The notes under the pieces are model-generated. The model made no database searches and was not told where the DNA came from. It saw only the letters and a program-made list of their open reading frames with translations. Positions 1 to 13,400 of a DNA stretch of 64,000 bases are shown here, piece by piece. How positions within the stretch are numbered: the stretch's first letter is position 1; the number at the start of each line of letters is the position of its first letter. The translations under genes were made by a program, and so were the position numbers. Source of the DNA: Glaucostegus cemiculus (lineage: Eukaryota); the NCBI GenBank assembly GCA_976551045.1, contig CDPCPM010000043.1:4526001-4590000 (forward strand), read 5' to 3'.

Positions 1-209
1 ATGGAGAGAAGGCAGGGAGAGGCAGGCAGCACAGAGACAGTTAGAGTTACAGCTGGAATTTATCTGTGACCTTTTGCTGCTTTTTCCCCTGTACAGAGTC
101 GAACTGGAGTGTGGATTCCATTAGAGCTGATGGTTATTGCTACAGCTGGTCATTCTTCCATATATCAGCCTCACTCCCGACTTCTCAGCAACCAAAATGT
201 GTTTGTTCC

Positions 210-860
210 ATTCCCTCCTTCCCCCTCCTCTCTCCATATCCCCACCTTCCCCACACCCTCTCACAATCCACACCCCTCACAACTATGCCCTCTCATTGTT
301 TTCTCTCAGTTCTCCCTTTCCCCAACTCCTTCCTCCTTTACTTTCATCTCCCCACCCAACAGCCCAGCTTTTCTCCTCCTTCCTCTCCTACTGTCTTCTC
401 CATTCCGTTTCCTCACTCCTTCCCTTTCTCCTTCTCACTATCACATTCTCTCCCTTTCTCCACTCATTCTCTTCCGTCCTACCCTATTACACTCATTCCA
501 TTCCCCATCCCCTTATCTTCCTCCCCTCTCTATCCCAATCCTCCTCCTGTGTTTATTCTGCTTCCTTGGTCCCCATCCCCACTCCTTCTCCTCATTTCTT
601 TCCCTGACACCTTCTCACACCACTTCCTCACTCTCTCATCTCTTTCCTAATGTCTTACCCATGCCCCCCGCCCCATCTTCCCCGCCCCGTCTTCCCCGCC
701 CCCTAAACCCTTCCACCCTTACCCCTCATCTATTCCCTCCTTTCTACCATCTCTTCTTTCTCACCTCTTTTTCCCTTACTTCTCTTGCCTCTATATCCTA
801 TTTCCCCCACCTCTTTCTTCACCTCTTCTGTCTGCTTCATTTCTTCCCTTCCAATTTCCC
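210..860. repeat. Polypyrimidine (C/T-rich) low-complexity tract
   Basis: Almost pure C/T on the + strand; produces spurious S/P/F/L-rich ORFs in all three + frames. Confidence 0.85.
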
Positions 861-1339
861 CTTGGTTTCTAAGACTGAGTATTTGCCTGCTCTTTCTCTC
901 AGTGTCCTGTCCTCCTGTCCTGGGAATGCTGCTGTACATACCAGCCCATTTGGAATTTGTGAACCCACATGTGCACTGCACACGGATCTTTATCTCTTTT
1001 CTCTGGCAATATTGGATGAAAGCTTCTCTAATTCCAGAATGAAATAAGCAGCAGCTGCCCACGAGGCACTCCGGAGCTGGGTGGTGTCAGAGGTCCTGTG
1101 CGTGAATTAACAGAAACTTCAATATCAGGGTTATAACCAGGGCTCTCGGAAGGTTCAGATCTTTTGATGAACTGCCATGTATAGAGAGACCCACATATCA
1201 ATACGCCACCATGTATATTGATAATCTGCAGCATTTTCTGGTGACTTGGGCAATTATTCTGGTTTGCGATCAACTGACCCTCAGTGATAAATGGATTATC
1301 TTTCACTTTCTGAATATGTGTCACCAACTGATCCTCAGC

Positions 1340-3635
1340 CAATGACTGACACTACGATTGATTGAATGTCAATGATAGATTGTCAGTGAGTGACCAAATC
1401 TCAGTGATTGACTAAATCTGAGCGAATAACTCATTGTCAGTGAAAGATCAGTGACCAAACTAGTGACTGACTGATTAACGAGTGACCGATCCTCGGAGCA
1501 TGACTGACCCTTTGAGGGTATCCGACCCTCAGCAAGTGACTGAGCCTAAGTGTTTAACTGCCTTTACTGATTGACCCTCAGTGAGTGAGCAACCATCAGC
1601 AAATCACTAAAACTCGGTCAGTAACTGATCATCTGTGAGATATTGACCTTAATGATTAAAATCCTCAGCAAGTGACTGATTTTCCAGAAGGGACCGCGAG
1701 TGGCCGATCCTCATTGAGTGACTGACCTCCGTAATTGACCAACTCTCATCAAGTGTTTGATCTTTTAGCAAGTGACTGATTCTCAGCAGAGGAGCATCCC
1801 TCAGCGATTAACCAGCCTCAATGGACGACCATCCCTCAGCGATCAACCAGCCTCAGTGAATGACTATCCTTCAGCGATTGACCAACCCACAGCACTGACC
1901 AACTGACAGTGATTGACATGTCAGTGAAAGACAAACGTTGAGTGAGTCCCAGCCCTCAGAATAACTGACCCTCAGCAAATGAACAATCCTCAGTGAGTCT
2001 CTGACCTTCAGCAAGTTGAATGATCCCCAGTGACTGAGTGATCTTTACGGAGACTGATCCCTACCAAATGACAAATCCTTAGTGAGTAACTGGCACTCAG
2101 TGACTGAGTGATTCACTCTCAGCAAGTGACTGATTCTTAGTGAACAACCAACTCTGAGCAAGTGGCTGGCTCTTAGTGATTGAATAACCCTCAGTGAATG
2201 GCTGACGTTCATTGAGTTCAAACCTTCAATGATCAACTGATCTCAATGACTGGCAGTAACTCATCCTCATCTTATGAGTGAGGACACTTGGAAGGACTGA
2301 TCCTCAGTGAGTGAATGATCTTTGTAATGATTGACCTTCAGTGAGTGAGGACGCTCGGAGAGATTGATCCTCAGTGTGAGTGACTTGGAAAGACTGATCT
2401 TTAGTGAGTGAGGACGATGGAAAGACTGACCCTTAGTAAGTGAGGACACTGGGAGACAGATCTTTGCCTTGTGAATGACTGACCCTTGGAGAGACTGATC
2501 CTCAGTGTGAGTGGATTCTTGGAGAGACTGCCCCTCAGTGAGTAAATGATGCTCAAGTGTGAGGATCCTTGGGGAAATTGATCTTCAGTTTCCAGTCAGA
2601 CGATTGAGGGTCCTCATAAATGCAAAAGTCCACATAATGATTGATATCTTCAGTGAGTGGCATGCCCTCAGAAAATGATCAGTCCTCAATGAGTGACAGA
2701 ACCTCAATGAGTATCTCACCCTCTGCAAGTAACCAACCACAATACCTGACTTCATTAAGTAGCTGACACCCAGCAAGCGATCTATCCAACGTAAATGTCC
2801 AATGCTCAGTGCTACCAGTCCTTAGTGAATGGATGACTCAGCAAGTGACCAGTTTTCCTAAGTTACCAGTCCTCAGTGATTGGATGACCTCAGTGAATGA
2901 CCAGCCTTACTGAGTGGCCATCCTCGGCGATTACGTGATCTCAGTAAGTGGATGTTCCTCATCTTGTGACTGACTCTCATCAATTGAGCAATCCTCCGTG
3001 AATAACAGGCCCTCAATCAGTGACTGATGTCATCAATTGATAAACTCCCAGGGAGTGATTGTCTGTTCCAAAATGAGTGACTGATTCTCAGTGACAGACC
3101 ACATCTCAGTGAGTGATCTTATCTCTGTCAGTGACTGATCGTCAGTGAGTGACCAACCTAAGGTGAGTGACCAATCCTCAGCGAGTGATCGATCCTCAGT
3201 GAGTGACCAAACCTCAGCGTGTTATTGATACTTAGTGAATGACTGATGCTCAGCAAGTTACTGATCATTAGTGAGTGACCGATCCTCGGTGAGTGACCAA
3301 ATCTCAGTGAATGATCCTCAGTAAGTGACCAATATCCTCAGCGAGTGAATGATTCTCAGAGCGACTGATAGTCAGTGAGTGACGACCTTCAGTGAGTGAG
3401 TGAACCTCGGCAAGTACCTGACACTCAGTAATATCTCCAGTTATTGAGCAGCCCTCAGTGAGTGACCGACCCTCAGTCAGTGATCACCTCTCAGTGACTG
3501 ACTGATGTCAGCAAGTGCTGATCCTCAGTGATTAACTAACCTCAATGATTGACCAACCCTCAGTGAGTGACTGACCCTGAGAGATTGACCTCAGTAAATG
3601 ACTGACCCTCAGTGAGTAATCGACCTTTACTGACT
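1340..3635. repeat. Degenerate ~19-20 bp minisatellite (consensus ~GATCCTCAGTGAGTGACTGA)
   Basis: Many recurring variants of CTCAGTGAGTGAC / GACTGATCCTCAG over ~2.3 kb. Confidence 0.85.
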
Positions 3636-5444
3636 GAGTTTGTTCATTTGGTATCTTGAGCCTGGTGAATGCTCTGGATGGTTATCAACTGATTGCTAGA
3701 CTTTGGGTTGCCCTTAGCCTCTTTATACTTGGTGTTGCCTCTTTGGTAGTGGGTGTTTGACAGTTTGGGCATGTTAATGACACTTAGAAGATTGCCATTT
3801 TGAGCTAGCAGAGTCATTCTTGTTAATTCACAGATATTGAGTATTACAGATGGAGTTATGGTCCAGTTGGGCTGTATTGCATCATCACCTGCACCAGCCC
3901 TATTCTGCTGTAGCTTATGTGAAAATAAAGCCAGTAGTCATATCATTATTGAACCCCTTCTTTGGGAGAATATATCCAGTTTATATCATTTCACTTTATA
4001 ATCCAGTCCCTGCATCCCCTTTGTCATCCTGGTAGCTCCCTTCTGTACCCTTGCAGTAGCTTTTTGCACTTTGTTGACCAAAAATGTTCACGATCTCTCA
4101 GTAGGATTGCACAATAATCTCTGAAGAAGCAGGAGAGCCTTACTATTTTAGGTCACCATTTAATACATCACAACATCTGATTGACTTTACTCACAGCACA
4201 GAAATCATCTCCCATTTATTATCACATGACCCCCAACTTGCTCTCATTTCTATGCACATTAGTTTCTTTCCAATGAAGTCTCCTTAATATTTTGTCTCAG
4301 TGTGGTTTGCATTTTCTAAAGTGAATGTCACCCACCCAATTCTCAGCTATCCTTAGAATTCCTTTAACTTGTCACTTTCACCATCAGACAGCGTATTTGT
4401 GATCTCTTGATCCAAATGTTCAATATATGTATTATTACAGTTTAGGTAACAATATAGAAACATATTCAATAATGTATGGTATGTTATTTAAACATTACAC
4501 ACACGAATGCTATACCCAGTAACACAGTCTACCATGTACTGTACCTGAGTGTTTTGTGCAATAACACACGATGTGGTGTAAGGTGCACAACATATAAAAT
4601 AATGTACACAAGCAATATACCCAGTAACATAAGAAATTATATGTACAGGTGCATTTTGAGAGGAAGCAATACACAGACCAATGACAGTTTTCTTGAGGTA
4701 TGTAGAATTCTGAGTTGGTCTGCTGCTCATTGATGATTCCAGGAACCTGAGGATAGGTTTTGATTCTAGGAGGCATGGGAACCCTCTTTCTCCTGCACAA
4801 ATTGCAGCAGTCAGTGAGCATCACGGAACTGGTGCTTTGCCTGATCCATTATCATACATACTGTTTGAATATATAAACTGCAATTGCTGAAGTTCAGATG
4901 GAGCATTGTCTCCCATGCGAAGAGGAATGCACCTGAAACAGCAGCATGAGCCCTCTCAGAAAAATAAGAGACAATCTTGAACATCAAGGGATAGTGCTCC
5001 CATCAACCAACAGCTTCACTGGCAGCAGATTGAGGTACCTTTCTCCTCAACTCCTCTGTAATGAGACTGCTATATACCTGCAAACGCCTGCCCCAGCGCC
5101 AGGAACATTTGACACACAGCTCCCAGAAAGTTTCTCTTCAAGCAGTACTGCTGACTAGCCCCTAACCACATATCATCATTGGGAGGGGGTCCTTAACACC
5201 ATCTGGTACATACTCAAATCATTCATTCCTGCAAAACCCCAGTGCTTATGGTTTCCAATTCCTATCTGTTGTGTTCTCTGAATCAACCCAGTGTGTTTCA
5301 GTGTAATTATCCTAGAAAACAGAATTATGTTATCAAAAGGCTCCTGTAAGGAAGTCGGCTCTACAGCATAGGCAGAATGTACCCAGATACTACTTTGTGA
5401 AGATAACTTTCTATTCAAGAGCTCATTTGGCCAGTTTGTCTTCA

Positions 5445-5700
5445 CATAGATCACAAGATGATGGAGCAGAAGCAGGCCACTCGGCCCATCGTGTCTGCTC
5501 CAAAGGGAGGGGAGGGTGGGGAAAAAAGAGGATGAAAAAGAATGAGAAAAAAAACTATTCTAACTCCAAATTCCCGCCTTATCTCCATATCCCTTGATAC
5601 CTTGACCAATTAGATATCTATCTATTTCCTTCTTGAATATCCCCAATGATCTGGCCTCCACTGCTATCTGTGGTAAGGAGTTCCACAGGTTCACCACCAT
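5445..5700 (-). mobile_element. CR1/HER1-like LINE 3' end fragment
   Basis: Reverse-complement LINE 3' motifs (GGAGCAGAAGCAGGCCACTCGGCCCATC ... GGCCTCCACTGC ... GAGTTCCACAGGTTCACCAC). Confidence 0.65.
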
Positions 5701-7659
5701 AGATTTGGGGGTCAAAGGTGCTGGGGAGGGTGGTTCTGTGAGAAGGGTTAGACCTAATTGAGCAGGTTACTATTCAGATGGACAGCACTTTTACCCCTTT
5801 TGCGAGCACCCATTCTGGGTGAACAGACTAAATAACAGCAATTACGTTATGCAGTTCACTTCCATCTTTACATTTTGGCCAACATCTTTACCAGTTAACT
5901 TAGTAGATGGCAGCTTAAGGCCTGTTAGGCAGTGAGGAAGAATGCTCAGGGTGGTGCTGCAGATGTCTTTCCACTAATAATTGTTCCTTTCCTGAGCACC
6001 TCATCTGCTTCCGAATGCAAGAAATACCTTAAATTGTCCAGTGACTCTGCAATCACTTGTGTTCTGGAACCACTCGTCTTTCAGAGGTGATTAGGTGGGT
6101 AGAATCATGAGCTCAACATCTGTAGAGGAAGTAACCTGATGGTCCAGATGTGTGCCTGTTTCTCCGGCAGTGTCTGCTCTCTGCTCAGTATGGAGAGGGT
6201 AAGTGGTGAGTTTGGGAAAAAGGATAATGGAGAGAATAAGACAATGAGATGAGCTTGGAATTGATATGGGACTTTGAGAGAATGGAGTAGGAGGATCAGT
6301 TTGGGATGGACTTGGGACAATGCTGAGTTTGAGACAGTGGTTTTAATTTTGCATTGATAAAGAGTTTTGGGGAAAGAGCAGGATAATGCGATTAATTTGA
6401 GATTGGTACAAAACATTGGGAAAGGGCAGGATAATGGGATGGTTTGGATGGTTACAGGATAGTGAGATTGTGAGGCAGTGAGATTAATTATAGATTGATA
6501 ACAGAGGATGGGGAGGTGGCAGAGGAGAATGATTAGGTTGGATTTGCTCTAGGAAGCTGATAGACTTAGGTGACTGCCCTATTGTGCTGTGAATTTTGAG
6601 ATCTTGGATAGGTGTTTTGTCGGTTCCATGTTTTTGGATCTAGAATGCCACACTACAGTTACCCCACAGAAATAAGGAGTGGAGGCACAGAATTTGTGTT
6701 GAACTACCTACATTTTGGAAGTATTCAATTTTTGGAAGTATTCAATTTTCATCCCTAAAAATAGTTCTAAAAGCTATTTGATATTTGATCCAATGCTTGA
6801 GTTTAGACATCTACAAATGCCTGATTTAATGTAGTGTCTTTAATGTAGTAGAATATCCCAAGGCACTTCCCAGGAGCATTTTTAAAGAAATATTTGATTA
6901 CAACCTGCGTGAGAAAGAGAGCAGATGTCCAAAAGGTTCATCAAATAAGTTGTTTCTAAGAATAAGAGAAAAGGTAGATGAACAAAAGCCAGTGATTGTG
7001 GCCTAGTAGGGACCAGTACTATTAATCTGACAAAAAAAATTGGGACTGCACAAGATTAGAATTGGAGAAATGTCAAAATTTGAGGGGTGTGGGGATGGAC
7101 AAGATGATTGATCTTCATTCTTTGCCCTCTGATCACTGACTCGCCAAGCTCCAATCTGTCTCATGTTATAAATGTTGTATAACTATTCCTGCAGATAATT
7201 TGATTGGTATTGAATTTAAGAAATAACTTTCTTTGTAAAATGATGTAAAATGAGTTATTGGAAAGAAGGACCCTACTTTTGAGGATCCTTCTTTCTTTTC
7301 ATATTGTACCGCGTTGTGACATTGTCAGTTGACCTATTTACCCATTTATTGACATACTCCTGGTCAGCTGCTCTAGGAGTAGATCAAACTAAGGGAGGAA
7401 TGAGAAGATTAGTTGTGTCCAGCACCAGCTTGCTTTCTTTTCACCTTTGTTTTCACTTTTATATTTTAACTTTAACCTGTGCACCGAGCCTTAGACCCTT
7501 TGGGCCAGAAATGAAGGATGCTTTAAGTTGTACAAATTTCCCTTTGTTGTTTTCCTGTGGCCATGCTTCCCATGAAGATGATAATCAGTGAACTGCTGCT
7601 AAGCAGGATGTTGCACTGGTTGGAAGGCAACAATACCATCCACACCTGAAACCCAGTCT

Positions 7660-8420
7660 CAGGACATCTCCCGGACAGAGATGGGGTTCTATGGCATCTT
7701 GGGCTTTCACAAAAGAGATGGGTTCCTTGGAAATCTAGGACTCCAGCCCCCACTTCTGTCCAGGGTCTTGAGCAGTAGTGACTCCTCCCTGAGGCCCTTG
7801 GGGATACTGACTCCACATAAATCAGAAGTGGGGATCCAGAGATCCTGCTGCCCCATTTCCTAGGTGCTAAAGCATTCCCTTGGACTTCTTGACAGTCCAG
7901 CCCTTGAGAGGTGGGATCCCATGATGTCAAAGGGACCCAGTAATGGGGTCCAGCAGAATACTGGCCCTGAAGAAGGTCTTTCCCAGTAATAAGGTCTCAT
8001 GGAGTTCTAACCATTCCAGAGAATGAGATGAGATCCAGGAGAGATGGGATCTTTGACCCCACTCCTGCCCAAACCAGAGGTGGACTCTCATTGAATCCTG
8101 GGCATCTCTTCAAGAGATCATAGGGTCTATTGGAATCCTGTCCACACCCAGAGATGGGAACCAGCAGACCTAGGATTCCCCTGAGATGGGGCTGATTGAG
8201 TTCTGTTAATCTCCCTGAGATTAGATTATAGTGATACCCCTATCCCAAAGGCTGGTCTTAAGGGGCCTTACTCCAAAATACAGCTCTTAGCAGGCTTGTT
8301 TCCCCTCTCCCTAACCCCCCACAGATGTGGGATACCAGGGTGTCCTGTCTTTCAGGGATGGTATTGTAGAGTCAACATCAATCTACCAGAGATGGGGTAC
8401 AAAAGTTCTGGTCCCTTTGC
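7660..8420. repeat. Highly degenerate tandem repeat built on AGAGATGGGG/GGGATC motifs
   Basis: AGAGATGGG-like motif recurs at about 7677, 7714, 7907, 8040, 8150, 8183, 8389. Confidence 0.5.
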
Positions 8421-9788
8421 AATGTCTCACTGCCTGCTGTACTTCGTTATCAGATAATATGGCTCTGTTCATTTGTTGCTGGAGCTGTGTTGAGTGGAAT
8501 GTATTTTGCTTATCAATGTTTTAATATTAAATATATTTGAAATTGATAAAATGGTTCATTTTTCTGTGTTGTGAAGAGCATTGTGGATCTAGTACTCTCT
8601 GATAACAGAATAATGATCCCAATAATAAGTTTCACTCTGAAAGGACAGAACAGGTGAGATGGGCTATTAGGTGATAGTGAGAAATTAGAACAGGTGAGAA
8701 TGTGAAATTGGCATCTGTTCTGGGATCTTAGTCCAAACAGAAAGATTTACTGGCTTGGAGATTGAGGGTAAGTTGGGTCTGACATAGGAAATGTGAGTCA
8801 GATACTGATCAGGGACCAGAGGGTCAATGGAGATGATTAGAGATCCCAGCATTGGTCTATGAGGAATGTCACACACAGCTCATCCAACTAATTCAGAAGC
8901 TGAGGGCTAGTGAGGCACCTTTAAGTTATGGAGGAAAACAGATTTAATTACTTTAATAAACTGAAAGGCGGTGTTGCTGGAGCTTTCGATAGTGGGTTGT
9001 TACATTGCTGAGTGATGATGCCTAGCCCCTGGCAATGATGCCTTGTGCTAAATGCGATCAATGAGGACATGCGTACAGCTATTCTTGGAGGGGGGCAGAA
9101 ATAAATGAGTAAAAATTAACCTCTTATTTTAACACTGACCCCAAGATGCTCAGAAATAGTAACTGAGCTCAGTGGATATGGGGCTCCTCCTGGCTTCCTC
9201 TTGGGGGGGGGGGGGAGGGAGGCTGAGGGGGTGTTGGAGAGGTTGGGGGAGAAGAATGTGAAATATGTTCTGGAAAGTTTATTCATTCAATGGGATAGGA
9301 GCCTAGGTTAATGAACGGAAGTGGAATAGGGCCAGATTGACCCTAATGTAGAGAGGTAACCTGGGGAGAGGTAACCCAATGAATATAAAGGAGTGGTGGA
9401 GGGAATAACCCTCTCCCTCCCATGGAGAGTTTATCCACATTTGTAATCCTTTCTCCTCGGGAGAGCAACCCCGTTGTACGGGAGGGGCGGGCTAATCTTT
9501 CCGTGGAGAGTTTGCAATTGAAAGAGTGGAGTTGGGGCAAGTTATCTCAAGACTATAGAGTTAACTCATTGAATACAGTGGGAGAGGTGTAGGCCAGCCG
9601 ACTCTCCTCTCCCAGAAAGTTAACCCATTGACTACCCTGTGGGTGGCGACTCCCTGCCACAGGAGAGTTGATTAACTCATAGAATAAACTGGGAGGGGCC
9701 AGGATCGACCCCTTCCCTGGAAAGCTCATCCACCGAACACACTGGGAGGAGTTTGATTAACCCATTCCTCCCTCGAACACTTATTGTT

Positions 9789-10012
9789 CTAAAAATAAGG
9801 CCGGAGTGAGCGGCGCTGCCCAATGAGAGGGGCGGCTATGATTAGCCCCGCTGGCGGGCGGGGCGGGTCGCCGCGGGCCGGGAGCAGTTGATTCGGTGCG
9901 GGGTTTATATGGGCATGGCCTCGGGATTCCTGGCGATCCTGGGCTCTGACGTGAACTCGGAGCAGCCGTCGCTTATTAAAAAGTGCGGCTGGGCTGGGAG
10001 CGCTATCATTCG
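9789..10012 (+). promoter_or_regulatory. FLNC proximal promoter at the start of the CpG island
   Basis: MEF2 consensus CTAAAAATAA 9789-9798, CCAAT 9820-9824, GC boxes ~9830-9866, CRE-like TGACGTGA 9947-9954, TATA-like TATTAAAAA 9974-9982, Inr-like TCATTC 10006-10011. CpG-rich from ~9800 to ~10650. Confidence 0.7.
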
Positions 10013-10161
10013 GCGAGAGGGAGCCGAGGAGAGTAGCCTTCGGGCGGTGTGGGCAGCGCCGAGAAGAGGCAAACGCGGACGCCTCGGCTGACGGCAGCGG
10101 ACTCGAGCGGACACTTGGGCAAAGTTTGGGCAAAGTTTCGGAGCCCCGTCCCACCACGGCA

Positions 10162-10498
10162 ATGGATCAACAAGGACTAGCCACCAACGGCCAGGACGAC
10201 GCCGAGATGCCGGCAACCGAGAAGGACCTGGCGGAGGACGCGCCCTGGAAGAAGATCCAGCAGAACACGTTCACCCGCTGGTGCAACGAGCACCTCAAGT
10301 GTGTGAACAAGCGGATCGGCGACCTGCAGAAGGACCTCAGCGACGGCCTGAGGCTGATCGCCCTCCTCGAGGTCCTCAGCCAGAAGAAGATGTACAGAAA
10401 GTACCACTCGCGGCCCAACTTCCGTCAGATGAAGCTGGAGAACGTGTCGGTGGCCCTGGAGTTCCTGGACAGAGAGCGGATTAAACTAGTCTCTATCG
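10162..10498 (+). CDS. FLNC: FLNC exon 1 (CH1)
   Basis: Kozak gcaATGG; MDQQG...[32 protein letters not shown]...KLVSI; donor G|gtagga. Confidence 0.95.
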
Positions 10499-13400
10499 GT
10501 AGGAGCACGTCTGCCCCGTCGGGTGGCCTCCCCGTCTCCCTCCCACCCTCGTCTCCTCTAATGGCGCGTCGGCCACACCAGGTGTCAAATCCAAGGCCAC
10601 CCCGCCCTGCAGGGCGCAGGGACCCCGCGTCAAATCCTCGCGTTTAGCGTTAGCCTTGGGGCACTTCGTTGGGTTCTTCAATTAAATGCATAGTTTCGAT
10701 AGAATCAGAGACATCTCCAGAGGCAGAATGGCCTGTGACCAGGGGCACACATCGGAGCTGATGAATAAGAGGACCAGGGTGGTTATAAGTATAGCGGACT
10801 GTTGTGCTCTGGGATGGAGTCTGGGAGGGAGGAAGCAAATGTGGTTATAGAATGGGATATATAAAGGGAGTGTGATCGGATCTGTGGAGGAGAGATCAGG
10901 GAAATGAGACAAACTGGTTCTATCAAATAGAAGGGCAGATTGGCTGCCTTGTGTGCTGGATCATTCTATGGATTCTGTAATATTAATTTGGGACTAATTC
11001 CTACTTATACAGAATCTTATCGTGTCTCAGTAACGCTTAGCACTACTTGAGCTAAGATGAATTATGTGGCCCGTGCGGGTGAAGAGACCAGCCACTTCAC
11101 CCGTTGCCATGAGTTGGAAGGTTACTGGTGGTAGGGGCGGTGCTGTGAATCCACTGGTGTTTTTAGATCCCACAGCATTGTTGGAAACTTGTTCTGTCCT
11201 GGGAGGAAGCTATTGAGCTGGTGGCTTCCATGCTCCCAACAGAGCAATCCCATCCCTTTCTCTTTGTAGCCCAGCAAAACATCTTTTCTCATATTCCTAT
11301 AAGCACTACTTTTACTACTTGACTACACTAAGGAGTAACTTACAGTGGCCGGTTAACTGACTGGTATGTCTTTGGGATGTGGGAGGAAATTGTTGCACCA
11401 GAGAGAAAACATGAGGTCACGGGCGAATGTGAAAACTCCACACAGATAGCACTAGAGGTCAGGATCAAGCCCAGATCCTTGGAGCCTTGAGATTGTCACA
11501 CTACCCCAAGAGTAGTGGAGTTCTCCCCGGTGTACACGACTATATTTGTATCTCAATCAATGACAGTAGTTAAGTTATTAATCATGTTTCTGTTGTTGGA
11601 ATCTTGTTCTAGGCAAATTACTTGCCTTGCTTCCTGTCTTACAGCAATCACTTCTGTGGTCACTGTAAAGTGGCTAAGACATTGTAAAGATGTGGAAGGT
11701 CCAATCTTTCTTGACATTTATACTAATTTTGCTGAAAAAGGAACCTCCTTAATGACACCGCGAACCATCTTCACCACAGGATCTTTGAGACCTAGTGAGA
11801 CTGACCTGGACCTTGGTGATCTATGATGTAGTTGGGGCACATGGGCTTCTGAATCTCAAGCTTGTGGGTTCATACCTGAACCTTGAGCAAAAGCCTGAAC
11901 TGACACCTCAGTCCAGTCCTACTGTCGGAGCTGCTTTCTTTCAGCTGAAGGATTAAACAGAGGTTCCACCTACTCAAGTCCATTTAAGCCTCCTGTGGGA
12001 CTATTTAAAGAAGAAATAATATTTATCCCTCAATGAACAGCCCTAAACCAGATTTTTCTGACCATCTGCTTGTAGGATCATGCTGTCATCTTTCCTAAAC
12101 TGAGTACTCTTTGGATTTACTTTGGCTGTAAAAAGGCTTTGGGATAATGTGAGGCTATAAACAGTATGGTAGAAATGGCTGCATGTCATCAAAGGATGCC
12201 AGGCTGCTCACATCTTCCATATTCTAATCGATCAGGAGCTGAGCTCCCAATTTTGCATTCTCTTTATCACCATCTATCTCTGTTTCTTTATCATCACCTG
12301 ACTACCCCTGCCAATCAGCTGCTGAAACCCTCAGCAATATCAGTTTTTAAACTTGAATATTTAAATTCTCTTTTGGCCAGCCTCCCATCAACCACTCTCT
12401 GTAAACTTTTCTGCTTATCCCAAACTTTGAGCCCCATGTTCAGCTTTCACTATCCTGCTTCACAGTATCATCCCAGTGCTCACTGGCCCATCTGCGATCA
12501 GTCCAGCTCCACAATCCTCTTAGATCCAAATTCCTCCAATTTGGCCTCGTGTGTGTCCTCCGTTTTTACCACTTCATCTCCAGCCTTTAGCTGCTGTCCT
12601 AAGCTCTGGTAGTCCCTCCCTAAGCCTCTTTACTGCCCTTCTCAAAAAAATATCTGACCAAACTTTTTGTCACCTGTTGCTTGATGTCAATTTTCAGTCT
12701 GTTAACTGATCTTGGGAAGTTCCTTGGGGACTTTTGCTACACTGAAGATGCGGTTAAATACATGTTGCTGTTTTGTTGAGGCAGTGGGGTTGGTGGGGAA
12801 ATGTCTTCCACCTTCCTTCACGTTGTTGCTTCATGGTCATCTGGTAGCAGCTGATCAGCCTAAAGGGATTAAAGTGTGCGACAATCCACTCAAATATCAG
12901 TCAGATGCTACCTGTCAATAATCTCTTCTACACAAATTGGAAATTGCCAGGTGGGAATCTGAAAGCTTTCATCTGTATATCCATGTTGTAATGACTGTCT
13001 CTAAGTGTTTGGCATGGAAAAACATACAAATCCTGCTGTTGAAAGTGATCTTTGTATTTATTTTATACATAATTATCTTTGGATCAAGATTTCAACTTCA
13101 ACTTTTTGAATACTATGCAGAGAGGCTCCCAACCTTCAACTTCGTCTCAGTTGTGCTGCTTGTTTAATCTTGGTCAAGAGCTACAAACTGTCTTGGGCGT
13201 CTCTGTACCACAGACGGGAACAGAAGCCTGGTCATGAGCTATTTGGTCCTTTTGAGCTCGTTTGGTCATTCAAACAAAAAGTTCAGTCAGTTGACCCATT
13301 GTCACAAGGCTCAGTTGGCAGTACTTTGTTTTTGTTTGCTACTTTTCCTTTGCCTTTCACCCTTCCCCAGTCCGTCCCCACCACCACCACTTCCAGTCAG

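Noticed and set aside
66-1062. Long overlapping ORFs of up to 312 aa
   Set aside because: Artefact of the stop-poor polypyrimidine tract; low complexity, no domain or splice structure.
4930-5160. Possible exon of an upstream neighbouring gene
   Set aside because: No recognisable protein similarity or consistent splice-site pair on either strand.
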